A DNA stretch of 64,000 nt, taken from the NCBI GenBank assembly GCA_052327205.1, contig CM126217.1:76198001-76262000 (forward strand). Direction: 5' to 3'. The translations under genes and the position numbers were made by a program. Positions 1 through 10,155 of the stretch are shown here, in pieces (the stretch's first letter is position 1; the number at the start of each line of letters is the position of its first letter). This DNA comes from Somniosus microcephalus. Lineage: Eukaryota. The notes under the pieces were generated by a model that was given only the letters and a program-made list of their open reading frames with translations, was not told the origin of the DNA and searched no databases.

Positions 1-246
1 CTGATTTTAATCGCTCCACCACTGGTGGATGTGGCTTCAGCTGCCAAGGCCCTAAGCTCTGGAATTCCCTCCCTAAACCTCTCTGCCTCCTTTAAGATGC
101 TCCTTAAAACCTACCTCTCTACCCTAATATCTCCTTATGTGGCTCGGTGTCAAATTTTGTCTTGTAATGCTCTTGTGAAGTGCCATAGAACGTTTAGCTA
201 TGTTAAACGCGCTATATAATTGCAAGTTGTTGTTGTTGTTGTTGTT
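1..246 (+). mobile_element. L2-type LINE 3' end with (GTT)n tail
   Basis: Contains ...ggccctaagctctggaattccctccctaaacctc... and ends gcgctatataattgcaagttgttgttgttg. The same tail recurs at 3257-3320 and on the Deu-type SINEs in this window. Confidence 0.7.
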
Positions 247-899
247 TGGCTAATGTTGTTCAGATGCCCTGTGGCAGTCTGGAAGGATACGAAGCTGCAA
301 ACATTGAGATTTGCTGTCATTTTAACTGCCACGGATGGAGCAACTGTGGCAGCTGAAAATCTTCGTGATGAGGTTGGCAGAGATGTCCAATGGCATCCTG
401 GGATAGGTGCAGCCATTGGATGCACAGTTCCTCGGAGAGGTCCTCGTAGGACTGGTGCAGTACCTGGTGGGCTGCTGTCTTCAATCATGGTGCCTGATTC
501 ACCTGGCTTGGACATGCTGTGGCTGCTGCAACTCCTCCTCCATTTTGATGGCATTGAGTTGTATGCCCATGGGGAAAGGTATCCCTTGTCCGAAGTTGAT
601 TTGAGTGTGGGTTTGGAGGTGGAGATAGTCGGGGATCCCAAAGTTTTTTTTACTGGGAAGAGAGAACAGCACTATGGTAAAATTAAGTACAGGTGTTAGT
701 GATCAGAAAATGTGAAGGAATGGGTTAAAAAAAAGTTCATCAGGAGCTTGCAATCAGTAAGTGAAGTCGATGCCCTCTTCAGCTCACCAACCCCTCAATG
801 ACACTTGTCTGAAGTGATAGAGGTAGCTGTTAGACCATCTTTTGGGGGTTGTAAAATTACAGGATGTCGTAAAGCAAGGAAGCTTCTGTGTACTTCAAC

Positions 900-1096
900 A
901 GCGCAGCTATTCAAATGTGCACCGAGGGACTTTGACAGACTTACGGTTTGCAGTTAAAAATATCAAGGAAACTTGTGTTTAGCACATTTGCATAAATGCA
1001 CCCAAATGCGCTAAAATGCAAATTTCCTTGATCTTTTCACTGAATAACGGTGTAACAATGGCGTAATTGTTGAAGATAGTGAAGGAATTCAGGGCC
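900..1096. mobile_element. Degenerate Harbinger-type MITE end with internal hairpin
   Basis: Ends gaattcagggcc, like the termini of other MITEs here (57537-57548). Imperfect inverted repeat of about 35 bp at 957-1037. Left boundary not defined. Confidence 0.4.
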
Positions 1097-3256
1097 TATC
1101 TCTTTGTTTGTGTGCAACTTTTTTTCCCTCTTTGTTTTATATTTCTGTCTAACTCTTAAATCTCTCCTCGACAGGCCACCCATAAATGTTCTTTAGCTGA
1201 TGGATTCAATATTTATCAATATGTATCTCTTGCGTTTCTTAAGGCTGGGGAGTGCAGCAAGAAGCAATATATAGTGTATTTATAGAAGGATTAAGTAAGA
1301 AGAGGCCGTCAGAGAGGTGCTACAGGTGAGTAGGTGGAACTGAGGCTCAGGCCAGGAGGAGCTGAGGTGGAAGTTATGGGCAAGAGGAAGCAGGAGGTTG
1401 GAGCACACGGGGACTGGGAATAATCAGTGAGATTTCAGTCTGGGGCATGAGAAGACTTGAGATGTAGGAGTACCCGTAGAATGGGATGTCCTCTAGTAAA
1501 CAAGGAATACTTAATCTCAGCCCCCAGAGAGTGGATCTCTGGGGCAAAATCTATTGGACAGTTTTCCAACAGTACTTCAGTCATTTTATAACTAAGTTTA
1601 ACTATTGGTAATGACTTGTTTTTTTTATATTATAACCTTAATTTTTTGATGTATATAGTCGACTGGCTGAGGAAACAGTATGGCCACGCATAGAAGTTTG
1701 AAAAAATGTTTTGAGTGATTTGATTGTTTTGCTTTGTGGCAGTTGCTGGTTTCTGATTGGCAGCTTTGAAAATATTTGAGTAACTTGATTAGTTGGTGTT
1801 TTTTCATGTGGAGGGTGTTGATTCATGCTGGGTAACATTTCCTACCGGTCTGTATTTCTACAAATCTGTGTGGTTAACTTAACAGATAATGGTTATTTCG
1901 GCCAATCAAATGCAAGAGCGACAGGTCTGTTGGATATGTTATAATTTGAAGTGTGAGGAACAATTGCAACAAACTATGCATACACGCTAGACTCAAGACT
2001 TTAAATGATGTAGACACATGTACATTTTAAATGTTATTGTCCTTCCACAAATAGCTAGTTATTAGAGGACCTCCAGGTCATATTGTAAAATTTCCCCCAT
2101 TTCAAGTTATTTTGTGTGAGATGAACAATCCATCCTGTTAATTTGTAGCTTTCTGAAAAACCCAGTATTCAGAATCACAAATTGATTGCATTACTTCCTA
2201 AACAAATCCTTGCTGATACATGAAGTAGCACAGTGCAAGAGGTTGAGCTGCAACTACTCTATAAATAATCAGTTGGTTTGTTGGTGCTTGGGAGAGGAGG
2301 TATAAAAATAACGAGAACTGCCAACTGTTGGAATACGAGGCCTGGGTCCTTTTGTTCTGTTCGGTCGTAACGTTATCATGCTCAGTTCTTGGCTTAATTA
2401 TGTTCCACCGAACATGTTAAACAATAAACAGATTTTGAAGGATTCTAAAAAAAAAAAACCCAATAACTTGGAGAACAGGAACAAAAAGAAAATATTACTA
2501 AATTTAGAGCAATGGAAGAGATTTTAAAATGTTTCGGCCTTTCCCATTGAGTGAGATCAGATTCAATCTGACAGGGTTTAGATTTAAGTGAGTAAGCTCA
2601 TTAATATTAAGGAATCTAATATACACAGACACATTAGTCTTCAAGAGGCCATTTAAAGGGTACAGTTGAAGGAAAACAACCTTTGGAATTAGCCAGGATC
2701 TCAAACTTAAGATCATCGACCCTGTAACCAGTAATCTTGCGAATTCTTTAAACATCTTGTATAATATGACAGACAAAATCAGAAGGTGTAAACAAGAGGA
2801 TGTTGTCAACATATCAGAAGATCTTACGTTGTTTGTCTCTAATCTCGACATATCCTGGTGAGCATTAGTAGCTGTTATTTGTGCTTTTACAGCAATCCTT
2901 GCAGCTCAATCTTTAGTTTGAGAACAAAGGTCAAAGACAGATCTTGCACATCTCTGGCATTCTAACACCGTACCTGCATCAATGACGGTCTCTCCCAAAG
3001 TGTCAATCCAACTTCAAACTTTATTTAGAAAGCCAAACTTCCAGCACCCAAAACAGACAAGTCCACTCCACTTTGCCAAATACGTTTTTACCATTAACTG
3101 AAACAACAGATACTGGTGTCATTTATTCTCTGCATGATAAAAGTACCATAAATGTAAACCTCACTTTATCAGTAGGGTATCTGGCCAGAAAAGAATTAGA
3201 CTGATTAGGGACTAGAGTAACCCAGTCGAAGATGATTTTGGAATCAATATTGAGGA

Positions 3257-3320
3257 GTAAAGCACCTTGAGGCATTTTACTACGATAAAGGTGCTACATA
3301 AATGCAAGTCGTTGTTGTTG
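3257..3320 (+). repeat. Short L2/SINE 3' tail fragment
   Basis: gtaaagcaccttgaggcattttactacgataaaggtgctacataaatgcaagtcgttgttgttg matches the tail at 170-246. Confidence 0.6.
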
Positions 3321-4565
3321 AGTGACATGTGGCTAAAACTGAACCTTTTTTAAAAAAAAGAGTAAAAAATAGCTTGATTCAATATATCCGGTAGGTAGCC
3401 TTTGCCGCTGGCTTCATTAGAAGTCTGTAACAAGAGAGGTTCAGAGGAAGGTGCCAATTTTTTCTTTAAATAAAATCCAGATGAGCATCATTCTGAGCTA
3501 GGAGCTTTGTGTGATGGAAGTATATTAATAGCATTTTCTATTTGTTGAGGAATAATTGGTTTCTCCAGCTCTTCCATTGCCGTTGATGCGGGTTTGGGTA
3601 ATTTCAGTAGTTTGAAATAAAAAAACTCAATCGGCATCAGAACATCCACTCATTCATTTATAAAATACCACAGAAAAGTTTTTTTTAAATGCTATTAATA
3701 TGATTTGGATTTGTAGTTAAATTATTAAGGAGTCTGCCAAAATCTATCTATATATATATATAAAAGGATATGTCTCTCTGTCTGTCTCTCTGTCCGGCTA
3801 TACAATCAAAGTTATAGAGTGTACCTACACATATGTTATATCAAAAGAAAGCTCATCATTAGGGGACTCTTGTAGGCGTATTTACTTTTTGCTCGGACAA
3901 AAATTGTGCCGACGGTCGGACAAAAGTTGTGCCGGCGGTATCCAAAAAACGTTCAAATTCTGCTCATTATCCGCTCATTTGCATCGAGTGGGGGCGGGTT
4001 CATTGTGTGTGCGGGCGGGCCATCCTACAGTTGAGTGACGTGATGATTGACCAATCCTACAGTTCAGTGACCTGACGGTTGACCAATCGGTGTGTGTGTG
4101 GGCGGGCCTTATCATTCTGAACCGAGGTGACTGGCTGCCATCTTGATTCCAAACTGTTCATTTCTTTTTCCCACTTTCTGTATGTTTCTTTTCAAATCTA
4201 CATTTCCAGCAAAAAAAAGTTGCTTTTAAAACACAAATTGTTTTTAAAAAAAATTAATTAATTTGTAAATCTTTTCTCTAACATCTAAAATTTTCCTACC
4301 TTTCACCGTTTTTCCAGGCTTGTAAGCCTGGGCCTCTGTTGCCCAGCCACGCCCGAGCTAGGCACCTCCCGTCGCGCTCAACAAACGGCTTACGATCGCC
4401 GCCATCTTTGTGAAGGCTGGAGGGGGCGGCCTGAACCGAGCGTCGCCACCGCCGCCATCTTAGTAAAGGCGGGTGGGGCAGGAGTCAGCGCGCGTGACTT
4501 GAGTCTGGCCGGGCCTCACGCGGTAGGTTGTGCGGCGGCGTCTCTCTCTCTGCTCTTGAAGCTGG

Positions 4566-4720
4566 CTCGGGCGGGGGGGGCGGGGCTCGGAGGATCGGGG
4601 TTCGGCAGATCGGGGCTTGGGGGGGCGGGGCTCGGGAGATCAGGCCTCGGGAGATCGGGCCTCGGGAGGGCGGGGCTCGGGAGGGCGGGGCTCGGGAGAT
4701 CGGGGGGCGGGGCTCGGGCT
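4566..4720. repeat. 15-bp GC-rich tandem repeat inside the Helitron (about 10 units)
   Basis: Units GGGCGGGGCTCGGGA / GATCGGGCCTCGGGA, seen as the [10 protein letters not shown] 5-aa periodicity in the ORF track. Confidence 0.9.
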
Positions 4721-4729
4721 GACGGGGCG

Positions 4730-5957
4730 CTCCCCTCTCCCCCTCCTTCCCCCTCCTCCCCATTCACCCCCCTCCCCCTTCCTCCCCCCCTCCTTCCCCC
4801 TCCTCCCCATTCACCCCCCTCCCCCTTCCTCCCCCCCTCCTTCCCCCTCCCCTTCTTCCCCCTCCTTCCCCCCCTTCTTCCCCCTCCCCCCTCGCACCTC
4901 CCCCTTCTTGCCCCCCCTCCCCGCTCTTCCCCCCGCCCTTCTTTCCCCGCTCCCTTCTTTCCCCGCTCCCCGCTCCCCCTTCTTCCCCCGCTCCCCCTTC
5001 TTCCCCCCCTCCCCGCTCCCCCTTCTTCCCCCCTCCCCCTTCTTCCCCCCCTCCCCCTCCTCCCCCTTCTTCCCCCCTCCCCCTTCTTCCCCCCTCCCCC
5101 CCCTCCCCCTTCTTCCCCCCCTCCCCCCCTCCCCCTTCTTCCCCCCTCCCCGCTCCCCCTTCTTCCCCCCCTCCCCGCTCCCCCTTCTTCCCCCCCTCCC
5201 CGCTCCCCCTTCTTCCCCCGCTCCCCCTTCTTCCCCCCCTCCCCGCTCCCCCTTCTTCCCCCCCTCCCCGCTCCCCCTTCTTCCCCCCCTCCCCCTTCTT
5301 CCCCCCCCTCCCCGCTCCCCCTTCTTCCCCCTCCCCGCTCCCCCTTCTTCCCCCCTCCCCCTTCTTCCCCCCTCCCCGCTCCCCCTTCTTCCCCCCTCCC
5401 CGCTCCCCCTTCTTCCCCACTCCCCCTTCCCCTCTCCCCCTTCTTCCCCCCCTCTCCCCCTTCTTCCCCCCCCCTTCTTCCCCCCCTCCCCGCTCCCCCT
5501 TCTTCCCCCCTCCCCGCTCCCCCTTCTTCCCCCTCCCCCCTTCTCCGCTCCCCCTTCTCCCCCCTCCCCGCTCCCTTCTTCCCCCTCCCCTTCTTCCCCC
5601 CCTCCCCTCCTTCCCCCTCCCCCTTCTTCCCCCCTCCCTCCCCCTTCTTCCCCCCTCCCTCCCCCCCTCTTCCTCCCCCCTCCCCTCCCGTTTCCTCCCC
5701 CCNNNNNNNNNNNNNNNNNNNNNNNNNNNNNNNNNNNNNNNNNNNNNNNNNNNNNNNNNNNNNNNNNNNNNNNNNNNNNNNNNNNNNNNNNNNNNNNNNN
5801 NNNNNNNNNNNNNNNNNNNNNNNNNNNNNNNNNNNNNNCCTTTCCTCCCCCCTCCCCTCCCCTTTCCCCCCTCCCCTCCCCTTCCCCCCCCCTCCCCTTT
5901 CCCCCCCTCCCCTCCCCCCTCCCTCCCCATTCCCCCCCCTCCCCTCCCCCCTCCCTC
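4730..5957. repeat. Polypyrimidine minisatellite with variable units such as CCCCTTCTTCCCCCCTCCCCGCT; includes N gap 5703-5838
   Basis: Almost pure C/T on the + strand with recurring CCCCTTCTT and CCCCGCT subunits. Confidence 0.9.
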
Positions 5958-7212
5958 CCCAGTCGCTCTCTCTCATCCCCCCCAGTCGCTCTCTCTCTTC
6001 CCCCCAGTCGCTCTCTCTTCCCCCCAGTCGCTCTCTCTTCCCCCCAGTCGCTCTCTCTTCCCCCCAGTCGCTCTCTCTCTTCCCCCCAGTCGCTCTCTCT
6101 CTTCCCCCCAGTCGCTCTCTCTCTTCCCCCCAGTCGCTCTCTCTCTTCCCCCCAGTCGCTCTCTCTCTTCCCCCCAGTCGCTCTCTCTCTTCCCCCAGTC
6201 GCTCTCTCTCTTCCCCCCAGTCGCTCTCTCTCTTCCCCCCGTCGCTCTCTCTCTTCCCCCCAGTCGCTCTCTCTCTTCCCCCCAGTCGCTCTCTCTCTTC
6301 CCCCCAGTCGCTCTCTCTCTTCCCCCCAGTCGCTCTCTCTCTTCCCCCCAGTCGCTCTCTCTCTTCCCCCCAGTCGCTCTCTCTTCCCCCCAGTCGCGCT
6401 CTCTCTTCCCCCCCAGTCGCGCTCTCTCTTCCCCCCAGTCGCTCTCTCTTCCCCCCAGTCGCTCTCTCTCTTCCCCCCAGTCGCTCTCTCTCTTCCCCCC
6501 AGTCGCTCTCTCTCTTCCCCCCAGTCGCTCTCTCTCTTCCCCCCAGTCGCTCTCTCTCTTCCCCCCAGTCGCTCTCTCTCTTCCCCCCCAGTCGCTCTCT
6601 CTCTTCCCCCCAGTCGCTCTCTCTCTTCCCCCCAGTCGCTCTCTCTTCCCCCCAGTCGCTCTCTCTCTTCCCCCCAGTCGCTCTCTCTCTTCCCCCCAGT
6701 CGCTCTCTCTCTTCCCCCCCAGTCGCTCTCTCTCTTCCCCCCAGTCGCTCTCTCTCTTCCCCCCAGTCGCTCGCTCTCTTCCCCCCCAGTCGCTCTCTCT
6801 CTTCCCCCCAGTCGCTCTCTCTCTTCCCCCCAGTCGCTCTCTCTCTTCCCCCCAGTCGCTCTCTCTCTTCCCCCCAGTCGCTCTCTCTCTTCCCCCCAGT
6901 CGCTCTCTCTCTTCCCCCCAGTCGCTCTCTCTCTTCCCCCCAGTCGCTCGCTCTCTTCCCCCCCAGTCGCTCGCTCTCTTCCCCCCCAGTCGCTCGCTCT
7001 CTTCCCCCCCAGTCGCTCTCTCTCTTCCCCCCAGTCGCTCTCTCTCTTCCCCCCAGTCGCTCTCTCTCTTCCCCCCAGTCGCTCTCTCTCTTCCCCCCAG
7101 TCGCTCTCTCTCTTCCCCCCAGTCGCTCTCTCTCTTCCCCCCAGTCGCTCTCTCTCTTCCCCCCAGTCGCTCTCTCTCTTCCCCCCCAGTCGCTCTCTCT
7201 CTTCCCCCCAGT
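5958..7212. repeat. 22-bp minisatellite (AGTCGCTCTCTCTCTTCCCCCC)n, roughly 55-60 units
   Basis: Homogeneous tandem array with 20-24 bp length variants, ending about 45 bp before the Helitron CTAG. Confidence 0.95.
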
Positions 7213-7559
7213 ATATGCCCTCAAAGGACCCTCAGCACCGCCGGGCACTTCAGCTAGTTATATTTTAAAAAATAAGTTTCCTAATCAAGTGGTGGGGTCT
7301 GACTTTCAAATTAGAAACCACTTACTGCGTTAGAACATAAAATTAATGGAAATCAGTAGATTAAGATTCTACTTTTTTATATATTTATATATTTTCTACT
7401 CAATTTTCACTTTTTAACAGCTCCCCTTGATATGCTCCATATCCAATCCAAGAGAGCAGGCTATCTGCTCCCAGGTTCTTAAACTGGACTCTAGGAGGTG
7501 CTTGAAAGCAGCCTGAATAGACTTTTGTTCCCTCTCTACGGGGAAGCAACTGGCATGAA

Positions 7560-8015
7560 TTCAGCACATTCCTAGTGTGGTACATCTTAGATTGGGAACT
7601 CTTATCATGTGGGGAACTATCAGTGCAAACCTGCATCAAATGCACTGTGGCTACAGTGTGTACCATCCACAGGATGCATTGCAGCAACTCGCCAAGCTTA
7701 TTTTGACAGTATCTCCCTCCGCTGAAACCTCTACCACCAGGAAGTGCAAGAGCAGCAACATCATAAGAGCACTATTACCTCCACATTCATCTCAAAAATC
7801 ACACTCCATCATAGCTTGAACATATACTATCATTTGTTCATCAGTGCTTGGTTAAAATACGGTAATTCCCTACTTAACACCATCCTGGGACTACCATCAC
7901 CACAAGGACAGCACTAGTTCAAGGCTGTGGCTCACCACCAGCTTCTCGTGGCAACTAAGAATGGGCAATAAATGTAGTTCTGCCAGCGTCACCCACATCT
8001 GGGAACAATTATACC
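7560..8015 (+). mobile_element. Degenerate non-LTR retrotransposon 3' end (CR1/L2 group)
   Basis: Decayed C-terminal coding trace (TVATVCTIHRMHCSNSPSLF) and a 3' UTR ggctcaccaccagcttctc...gggcaataaatg...cccacatc followed by an A-rich tail. Confidence 0.55.
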
Positions 8016-8729
8016 AAAACAAAATTCAAAAGGAAATGTTTGTCACTGGAGGATGGATATTCTGGGTCCTCACACTTCTAGCGCATATTGAAAAGTCATG
8101 GGCAACACACCGACGATTTTCTTGCATGCTGGTGGCAGGCTAGGACTTAAATATCCAAGCTTATTAGCTGTCGTAATAGACAGCATAAAACATGAATTTT
8201 TGGAAGATTTTTTTCTTTTAAATTAGCTCTGAATGGACTTTCTCCTGTGTAAAAAAACAAACTTGCTTTCTACAACAAATAACATCGGACAAACCACTGC
8301 AATATTCTTACAAATCCCCAATAATATGCATGAAGAGCGCGTCAGATTTTCTTTCAAAACTTTTTGGTTTTCTTCCCCATTGAAAAAAGCTGTAACACAA
8401 TCCATGTATTAGTTTATATAGAACGCCTAAGAAGCTGACAATTCTGAATGCTTTTCAACATGAATTTGTATCACCACTAATTCATTCGGTTTTAAACTGG
8501 GGATATTCAGGAACTCAAATCCCTCAGTGCATAATTTTATTTAAAAAATCTGGGGCAAAGTGCGTCCAACTTAGAAATTCTAGGCATAAAATTTGGTTTG
8601 AATGTTTTTTAAACCTCCAAGGAAAAGTCCCATCTAACGATTACCCTACCCCCCACCACCACAGTTCAGTAGCAGCAGTCACTCGCATAAGCAATCGGAA
8701 CATCTTACTTTTATTGGTGTTGACTCACA

Positions 8730-10155
8730 CNNNNNNNNNNNNNNNNNNNNNNNNNNNNNNNNNNNNNNNNNNNNNNNNNNNNNNNNNNNNNNNNNNNNNN
8801 NNNNNNNNNNNNNNNNNNNNNNNNNNNNNNNNNNNNNNNNNNNNNNNNNNNNNNNNNNNNNNNNNNNNNNNNNNNNNNNNNNNNNNNNNNNNNNNNNNNN
8901 NNNNNNNNNNNNNNNNNNNNNNNNNNNNNNNNNNNNNNNNNNNNNNNNNNNNNNNNNNNNNNNNNNNNNNNNNNNNNNNNNNNNNNNNNNNNNNNNNNNN
9001 NNNNNNNNNNNNNNNNNNNNNNNNNNNNNNNNNNNNNNNNNNNNNNNNNNNNNNNNNNNNNNNNNNNNNNNNNNNNNNNNNNNNNNNNNNNNNNNNNNNN
9101 NNNNNNNNNNNNNNNNNNNNNNNNNNNNNNNNNNNNNNNNNNNNNNNNNNNNNNNNNNNNNNNNNNNNNNNNNNNNNNNNNNNNNNNNNNNNNNNNNNNN
9201 NNNNNNNNNNNNNNNNNNNNNNNNNNNNNNCTGGGTCTGCGCTGGAGCCAAGCCCCGGGAACGGGCGTGAGCCGGCTTGAGGCTGTGAGAGAGGGCCGGG
9301 CCCGATTGCCGGGGTAACCCTTCCCCCCTCGTCCCGCCCTCCCGAGCCCCGCCCCCGCCCAAGCCGGCTTCAAGACCGCCGATTCGCTCGCGCTCTGGGC
9401 CGACGTTGACGCCGCGCGCTGCCTGCCGCCCCCACCCCGCCTTTACTAAGATGGCGGCGATGGCTATGCTCGCCTCAGTCCCGCGCCGCCAGCCTTAGAA
9501 AGATGGCGGTGACCGCGGGCCGCTTGTTGAGCGGGACGGGAGGTGCGTAGCTCGGGCGTGGGCTGGGCAACAGAGGCCCAGGCTTCGAGGCCTGCCTGCA
9601 AAAACGGTGAAAGGTAGGAAAATTATAGAGGTTAGAGAAAAGATTTACAAATTAATTAACTTTTTATAAAACAATTTATGTTTTAAAAGCAACTTTTTTT
9701 TTTGCTGGAAATCTAGATTTGAAAAGAAACACGCAGAAAGTGGGAAAAAGAAATGAAGAGTTTGGAATGAAGATGGCGGCCACTCACCTCAACTCAGAAG
9801 CATTAGGCCCGCCCACACACGCACCGATTGGTCAACCGTCAGGTCACTGAACTGTAGGATTGGTCAATCGTCACGTCACTCGACTCTAGGATGGCCCGCC
9901 CGCACACGCAATGAACCCGCCCCCGTGACACAGCGATTGGTCGACTGTCGGGTCGCTCGACTGTACGATTGGTCAACCTTCACATCACTCGATGCTAATG
10001 AGCGGATAATGAGCGGAATTTTGAACGTTTTTTGGATACCGTCGTCCGACCAGAACGTAAATACGCCTATGAGAGTCCCCTAATGATAAGCTTTCTTTTG
10101 ATATAACATATGTGTCGGTACGCTCTATAACTTTTGATTGTATAGCCGGACGGAC
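8730..10155 (-). mobile_element. Non-autonomous Helitron-like element, copy 2 (5' tip lost; 3' part in N gap 8731-9230)
   Basis: 9335-10153 is the reverse complement of 3793-4600 with substitutions and indels, e.g. agagtcccctaatgataagctttcttttgatataacatatgtg vs cacatatgttatatcaaaagaaagctcatcattaggggactct. The left boundary is inferred only. Confidence 0.75.

Larger units (their letters stand above)
3743..7257 (+). mobile_element. Non-autonomous Helitron-like element, copy 1 (both termini present)
   Basis: 5' end TCTATCTATATATATATATAAAAGG follows an A (3742) and precedes a GTCT/GTCC microsatellite-like tract. 3' end is ...ccctcagcaccgccgggcacttcagCTAG followed by T (7258). This gives an A|T target with no TSD, and a short GC-rich imperfect stem about 8 nt before CTAG. 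No Rep/Hel coding sequence is visible. Confidence 0.8.

Noticed and set aside
198-699. ORFs 198-641 (-) and 220-699 (+)
   Set aside because: They overlap the L2 tail microsatellite and have no recognisable domain or convincing exon structure; possibly decayed transposon sequence.
2504-3100. Coding-looking stretch (ORF 2504-2851 and a plus-strand frame with few stops)
   Set aside because: No recognisable protein family or splice boundaries; a BLASTX search would be needed.
5958-7212. CRISPR-like array
   Set aside because: Head-to-tail repeats with no unique spacers, no cas genes and a vertebrate context.
4499-7333. Very long ORFs (944, 910, 883 and 388 aa) on both strands
   Set aside because: Artefacts of stop-free C/T-rich minisatellites plus an N gap: open in several frames at once, low-complexity products, no domain.
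8679-9373. ORFs of 188-227 aa spanning the gap
   Set aside because: Composed almost entirely of N-derived X residues.
3793-10153. One large TIR element (Polinton, foldback or Mutator-like) with 800-bp TIRs
   Set aside because: The left arm has its own complete Helitron ends (TC at 3743, CTAG at 7257), the arms differ by subfamily-type indels, there is no TSD, and the spacer is ordinary host DNA with an old LINE.
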